DNA of 59,175 nt from a bacterium (GTDB taxonomy: Bacteria > SZUA-182 > DTGQ01), in assembly GCA_040752695.1 (NCBI GenBank), contig JBFMGO010000001.1, positions 44,249 to 103,423 on the forward strand. The letters run 5' to 3'. The notes under the pieces were generated by a model. It saw only the letters and a program-made list of their open reading frames with translations. It was not told where the DNA came from and ran no database searches. This document shows positions 54,908 to 59,175 of the stretch, in pieces; the stretch's first letter is position 1, and each line of letters starts with the position of its first letter. A program made the position numbers and the translations under genes.

Positions 54908-57430
54908 GTGTATGATCATCCGGTAAAACAAAAAGAGGAAAATCCCTCCTCCCGCCAGGGAAGAGTGAAGGCAAGGGCCAGGTTACTGGTCAAAGGGATA
55001 GTTCAGGGTGTGGGGTTTCGTCCCTTTGTGGACCGTTTTGCCAGGGAGAATCACCTGGCTGGGTGGGTTTTAAACTCTTCTTCCGGTGTTGAAATAGAGG
55101 TAGAGGGGGAGAGAGAGGATGTGGAAAAGTTTGTGCGGGGTTTTCCTGGAAAAGCGCCCCGAAGGTCATTGATAACCCATCTGGATGTTTCCTATTATCC
55201 CCCCGTTGGTTATGACTGTTTCACCATCAGGCGGAGTATTGTTCAGCCCCAGGAGTTTACCCTTATCTCGCCAGACCTTGCCATATGCCCTGATTGCCTC
55301 AGGGAGCTTCAGGACGAAAGTGACCGCAGGGCAGGCTACCCTTTCATCAACTGCACCAATTGCGGGCCCCGCTACAGCATTATCAAGGACATTCCTTACG
55401 ACCGCTCGAATACGACCATGGAAAAATTTACCATGTGTCCTGAGTGTGAGAAAGAATACCGTGACCCTTCGGACCGAAGGTTTCACGCACAGCCGAATGC
55501 CTGCCGGGTTTGCGGCCCTCGCGTGTGGATGTCCGACCTGAACGGATCCGAGTGCCCGAACAATGCCGTCGAAGCGGCAAAAAATGCACTGGCCGAGGGG
55601 AAAATTCTGGCGATCAAGGGGTTGGGAGGTTTTCATCTTGTCTGCGATGCGCAAAATGATGATGCAGTGAGAATGCTGCGGACGCGAAAAAAGCGCGAGG
55701 AAAAGCCCTTTGCTCTTATGGCCAGAAGCATCGAAGATATCAGGTCGTTTTGCTTCGTGTGCGAAAAAGAAGAATTGAGCCTTACCAGCCCGACAGCGCC
55801 GATCGTTCTTTTGAAAAAGAAGAATGATTCACTCATTGCCCCTTCGGTTGCACCAAAGAGTCTGCACTTTGGCGTGATGCTCCCCTATACGCCGCTGCAT
55901 CACCTGATTATGAATGGCCCCTGGCTTGCCCTGGTCATGACCAGCGGCAATATCAGTCAGGAGCCGATCGTGATTTCCAATGAGGACGCGGTGAAGCGGC
56001 TAGCGGGGATTGCCGATTGCTTCGTCTTCCATGACCGGGACATATACACAAGAAGCGATGATTCGATTGTCCAGGTGGTGGAGGGAAAAGAGGCCCTGCT
56101 CAGGAGGTCCCGCGGCTACTGTCCTATCCCGATTTCGCTGGGGGAGATTTCTCTTGAGGAGATCCCTTTTGAGCCGGTTCATTCCGGCTCTTCAGACAGG
56201 CAGGAGATTCTGGCCTGCGGTGCTGAATTAAAAAACACCATTTGCCTGACCAGGGAGAACAATGCCTTTGTCAGTCAGTATCTTGGTGATTTAGAAAATC
56301 TGGAGACCTTTCGGTTTTTTGAACATACAGTCAGCAAAATGAAGCGTATCCTGAAAGTCGATCCGAAGATCATCGCCTATGACCTGCATCCGGACTATCT
56401 GAGCACCAAGTATGCTCTGAAAGCATCGGGGTTTGATCTCAAGATCCCCGTGCAGCACCACCATGCCCACATAGCCAGTTGTATGGTGGAAAACGGATTA
56501 AAAAACGAAAAGGTAATCGGGATTGCCTGGGATGGCACCGGATACGGAGAGGACGGGTGCGTCTGGGGAGGGGAGTTTCTCGTTGCCGATTACACCACTT
56601 TTGAACGCAAGGCATTTTTTTCTTACCTTCCCCTGCCGGGGGGCCATATGGCCATCAGGGAGCCTTACCGCATGGCTCTCAGTTACCTCTATCAGGTATT
56701 CGGGGAAAAGATGACCGATCTTTGTCTGCCCTTTTTGCAAAGGATCGGCCTGGAGCGGCAGATGGCAATAATGGAGATCATCCGAAAGGGAATCAATTCT
56801 CCCCTCACTTCCAGTGCGGGAAGACTCTTTGAATCCATATCGGCACTCCTGGGCGTGAGGGATAAAAACACCTTCGAGGGCCAGGCAGCCATGGACCTGG
56901 AGTATCTTGCCTCTTCGGTCCCCAATATGCCCGATACCCCTGATGTGCCGGGTTCGCCGGGTGTCCTCGATGCTCCCGATGCTCCCCATGATCAGGGTAT
57001 AAGGCCGTATCCGTATTTGCTCCATGCAGAGGGAGGAGGAGGTCACTATCGGATTGATGTAGCTCCCATGATCAGGCAGATGGTGCATGAGCTTGCCGGT
57101 CAGCCCCATCAACACTATCAGCCCCATCAACACCATCAGCAGTCCCATCTGCATCAGCAAAAGGACATGGCAGGGGCTGCCTTTCGTTTTCACCTGACTA
57201 TGGCCGAAATAGCCGCTGAAGTCTGTCATAAGATCCGGAAAGAATACGGGATCAAGAGCGTTGTCTTGAGCGGCGGCGTCTTTCAAAATCGTTTATTAAC
57301 TTCACTCCTTTCCAAAAAGCTTCTTGACCGGGGATTTGATTGTTATAAGCACTGGAAGGTTCCTCCGAATGATGGAGGAATAGCCCTGGGACAGGCAGTA
57401 ATTGCCCATTTTATATCCAACAAATCGTAG
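54908..57430 (+). CDS. hypF: Carbamoyltransferase HypF with low-complexity insertions
   Basis: 'GIVQGVGFRPF', Zn fingers 'CTNCGPR', 'HAQPNAC', 'QHHHAH', 'PPNDGGIALGQ'. Confidence 0.96.
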   Translation: MYDHPVKQKEENPSSRQGRVKARARLLVKGIVQGVGFRPFVDRFARENHLAGWVLNSSSGVEIEVEGEREDVEKFVRGFPGKAPRRSLITHLDVSYYPPVGYDCFTIRRSIVQPQEFTLISPDLAICPDCLRELQDESDRRAGYPFINCTNCGPRYSIIKDIPYDRSNTTMEKFTMCPECEKEYRDPSDRRFHAQPNACRVCGPRVWMSDLNGSECPNNAVEAAKNALAEGKILAIKGLGGFHLVCDAQNDDAVRMLRTRKKREEKPFALMARSIEDIRSFCFVCEKEELSLTSPTAPIVLLKKKNDSLIAPSVAPKSLHFGVMLPYTPLHHLIMNGPWLALVMTSGNISQEPIVISNEDAVKRLAGIADCFVFHDRDIYTRSDDSIVQVVEGKEALLRRSRGYCPIPISLGEISLEEIPFEPVHSGSSDRQEILACGAELKNTICLTRENNAFVSQYLGDLENLETFRFFEHTVSKMKRILKVDPKIIAYDLHPDYLSTKYALKASGFDLKIPVQHHHAHIASCMVENGLKNEKVIGIAWDGTGYGEDGCVWGGEFLVADYTTFERKAFFSYLPLPGGHMAIREPYRMALSYLYQVFGEKMTDLCLPFLQRIGLERQMAIMEIIRKGINSPLTSSAGRLFESISALLGVRDKNTFEGQAAMDLEYLASSVPNMPDTPDVPGSPGVLDAPDAPHDQGIRPYPYLLHAEGGGGHYRIDVAPMIRQMVHELAGQPHQHYQPHQHHQQSHLHQQKDMAGAAFRFHLTMAEIAAEVCHKIRKEYGIKSVVLSGGVFQNRLLTSLLSKKLLDRGFDCYKHWKVPPNDGGIALGQAVIAHFISNKS

Positions 57431-57443
57431 GAAGTGATAAAAA

Positions 57444-58340
57444 ATGATGAGCCAGAATATCTTAGCATGCATTGGATCGACCCCTCTGATAAGATTAAGA
57501 AAGGTAACTGCTTACACTATTTTTGCCAAGGCTGAATTTCTCAATCCCGGCGGGAGTGTGAAAGACAGGGTAGCCAAGTACCTTATCGAAGAGGCCGAAA
57601 GGGATGGAACGCTTAAAGAGGGTTCGATCATTGTGGAGCCCTCATCCGGAAATACAGGGATTGGAATGGTTTTTGTGGGAGTTCAAAAGGGTTACCGGGT
57701 AATTATTGTTATGCCCGAAAACATGAGTGAGGAGCGAAAGAAAATCATTAAGGCTTTTGGTGGAGAGCTTATCCTTACCCCGGCTGATCAGAGCATTCAG
57801 GGAAGCGTGGACAAAGTCAATGAAATGGCCCGGAACGATCCTAAGGTTTATGTTCCCCAGCAGTTTGAAAACCCAAGGAATCCGGAAATTCATTACACCA
57901 CGACCGCGCGGGAGATCTGGAGCCAGACCGGGGGCGAAATCGCCTGCTTTGTTGCCGGCGTGGGGAGCGGCGGGACCCTGGGAGGGGTTGGGAAGTTCCT
58001 TAAGGAGAAGGACCCAAAGATCAAGGTTATCGCTGTCGAGCCAAGAAACAGTTCAGCCCTGCTGGGCCAGGAGCCCGGCCTTCACCAGATTCAGGGTATC
58101 GGCGATGGTTTTATTCCTGCCGTACTGGATGTGTCCTTAATCGATGATGTCGTGACGGTAAGTGACGAAGAAGCCATTGAGACTACCCGTCAGTTGGCCA
58201 GGGAAGAGGGGCTTTTGGTCGGCACTTCCTCAGGGGCCAATGTCTGGGCCGCAAACCTTGTCGGGGGAAAGGTGTCCGGCCCTCTTGTCACTATATTGCC
58301 AGACCGGGCGGAAAGGTATTTCAGTACCAGCCTGATCTAG
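57444..58340 (+). CDS. cysK: Cysteine synthase (O-acetylserine sulfhydrylase)
   Basis: 'NPGGSVKDR' (PLP Lys), 'SSGNTG', 'GSGGT', 'HQIQGIG'. Confidence 0.93.
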   Translation: MMSQNILACIGSTPLIRLRKVTAYTIFAKAEFLNPGGSVKDRVAKYLIEEAERDGTLKEGSIIVEPSSGNTGIGMVFVGVQKGYRVIIVMPENMSEERKKIIKAFGGELILTPADQSIQGSVDKVNEMARNDPKVYVPQQFENPRNPEIHYTTTAREIWSQTGGEIACFVAGVGSGGTLGGVGKFLKEKDPKIKVIAVEPRNSSALLGQEPGLHQIQGIGDGFIPAVLDVSLIDDVVTVSDEEAIETTRQLAREEGLLVGTSSGANVWAANLVGGKVSGPLVTILPDRAERYFSTSLI

Positions 58341-58419
58341 GGCTTGCTGGGTAAGGATCTGAATGTGAGCTTGCGGTGTACTCAGGATGCCGTATAACTC
58401 ATAAGATTGCCGTATAACA

Positions 58420-58455
58420 AAAAAGGCAGAGTGAAATATTTCACTCTGCCTTTTT
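58420..58455. terminator. Bidirectional terminator (perfect 36-bp palindrome)
   Basis: aaaaaggcagagtgaaat|atttcactctgccttttt between convergent genes. Confidence 0.85.
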
Positions 58456-58640
58456 CATAAAGAACATATGGCCCATCTAATAATCATTTCGCAATTCTAT
58501 AATACATTTTTCTCCTTTTCTTGGTTTAAGATCTGGCAACGTACTTTTCATTAGAAAAGCCATATGGAATTTTTGTCTTCATTCTGCCTTATCAGGCGAA
58601 GGAAACAGGAAATAGTTACGCTTTAAAAGTCAAAGCGGGA

Positions 58641-59174
58641 TTATTTTATGGTCTTTCCCTTGTAGACGACCTTATCGCCGTAATTTTCGCCTTCATGACA
58701 ATTATCGCAGGTGGCTTTGGTAGCCTTGCACGCTTCCGTGTGGCATTCGGTGCACTGCACATCCCCATGGTATTCAAGGATGGATGTTTCATCGTCCGTT
58801 AAATGCACCTGAGGATGTTTCGGATGGCATAAGGCACAATTGGCAGCCGTAATATCACGATCTGTATGGCAGAGAAAGCAACTGCTCTTCATATCGGGGA
58901 GGAATTTTTCTTCACCGTGAGCAATATCCCGATGGCATGGCATACATTGGTACCTTGTACCTATTTCTTTCATTACTTTAATATGCTTGGCATGGTTCAG
59001 GGTAACCGTCTGTTCCGGTCGGCTGGCTCTGTCCAGATCCTCGACCTGGTGGCATCCTTCCCGAACGCATACTACCGGTTGAGTGGCCTCAAGATGATAG
59101 TTCCCGCTAATATGATAGCAAAGAGAGAAAAGACCACCTATTTTAGCCTTTAAAAGCCCAAGCAACCCTGGCTG
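58641..59174 (-). CDS. Multiheme c-type cytochrome, 5'-truncated (NapC/NirT-like segment followed by further hemes)
   Basis: CMPCH, CFLCH, CALCH, CTECH, CDNCH and CVREGCH (CX4CH). 'PGLLGLLKAKIGGL..YH..GNY' resembles the NapC/NirT region. Frame is open to the window end. Confidence 0.85.
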   Translation of the reverse strand, partial: QPGLLGLLKAKIGGLFSLCYHISGNYHLEATQPVVCVREGCHQVEDLDRASRPEQTVTLNHAKHIKVMKEIGTRYQCMPCHRDIAHGEEKFLPDMKSSCFLCHTDRDITAANCALCHPKHPQVHLTDDETSILEYHGDVQCTECHTEACKATKATCDNCHEGENYGDKVVYKGKTIK

Positions 59175-59175
59175 G

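Overview
Chromosomal window (GC roughly 50% by eye) from a diderm, probably anaerobic bacterium with a deltaproteobacteria-like gene repertoire. The taxonomy is an inference only. Left part, cell-surface genes: the 3' end of a giant repetitive Ig/PKD adhesin, a PAS hybrid histidine kinase and a lipoprotein plus outer-membrane beta-barrel pair. These are followed by two tandem type IVa minor-pilin cassettes (pilV-pilW-pilX and fimT-pilV-pilX-pilW) with no PilY1 in the window. Both PilW subunits carry long adhesin-like C-terminal extensions, and both cassettes sit behind homologous sigma54-like promoter/enhancer regions. Middle: an LPS/surface-glycan cluster (GT9 x2, GT2 x2, GT4, polytopic membrane protein, wzx, glf, methyltransferase, esterase). 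Right part, mostly housekeeping: romR-like regulator-valS-nadC-DUF2442-coaX, a KID-repeat protein, a DnaD-like and DnaC-like pair split by a GNAT gene, guaB3-guaA-dnaE-accA, a CFI-box-CTERM secreted protein behind a sigma54-like promoter, hypA-hypB-hypF-cysK and a partial multiheme cytochrome. Two MITE-like elements are present, one carrying a dRS3/CGTC-type palindrome doublet. Short tandem duplications are pervasive, especially over stop/start codons. I found no rRNA, tRNA, CRISPR array, transposase or reverse transcriptase. All family assignments come from motif recognition by eye, with no database searches.
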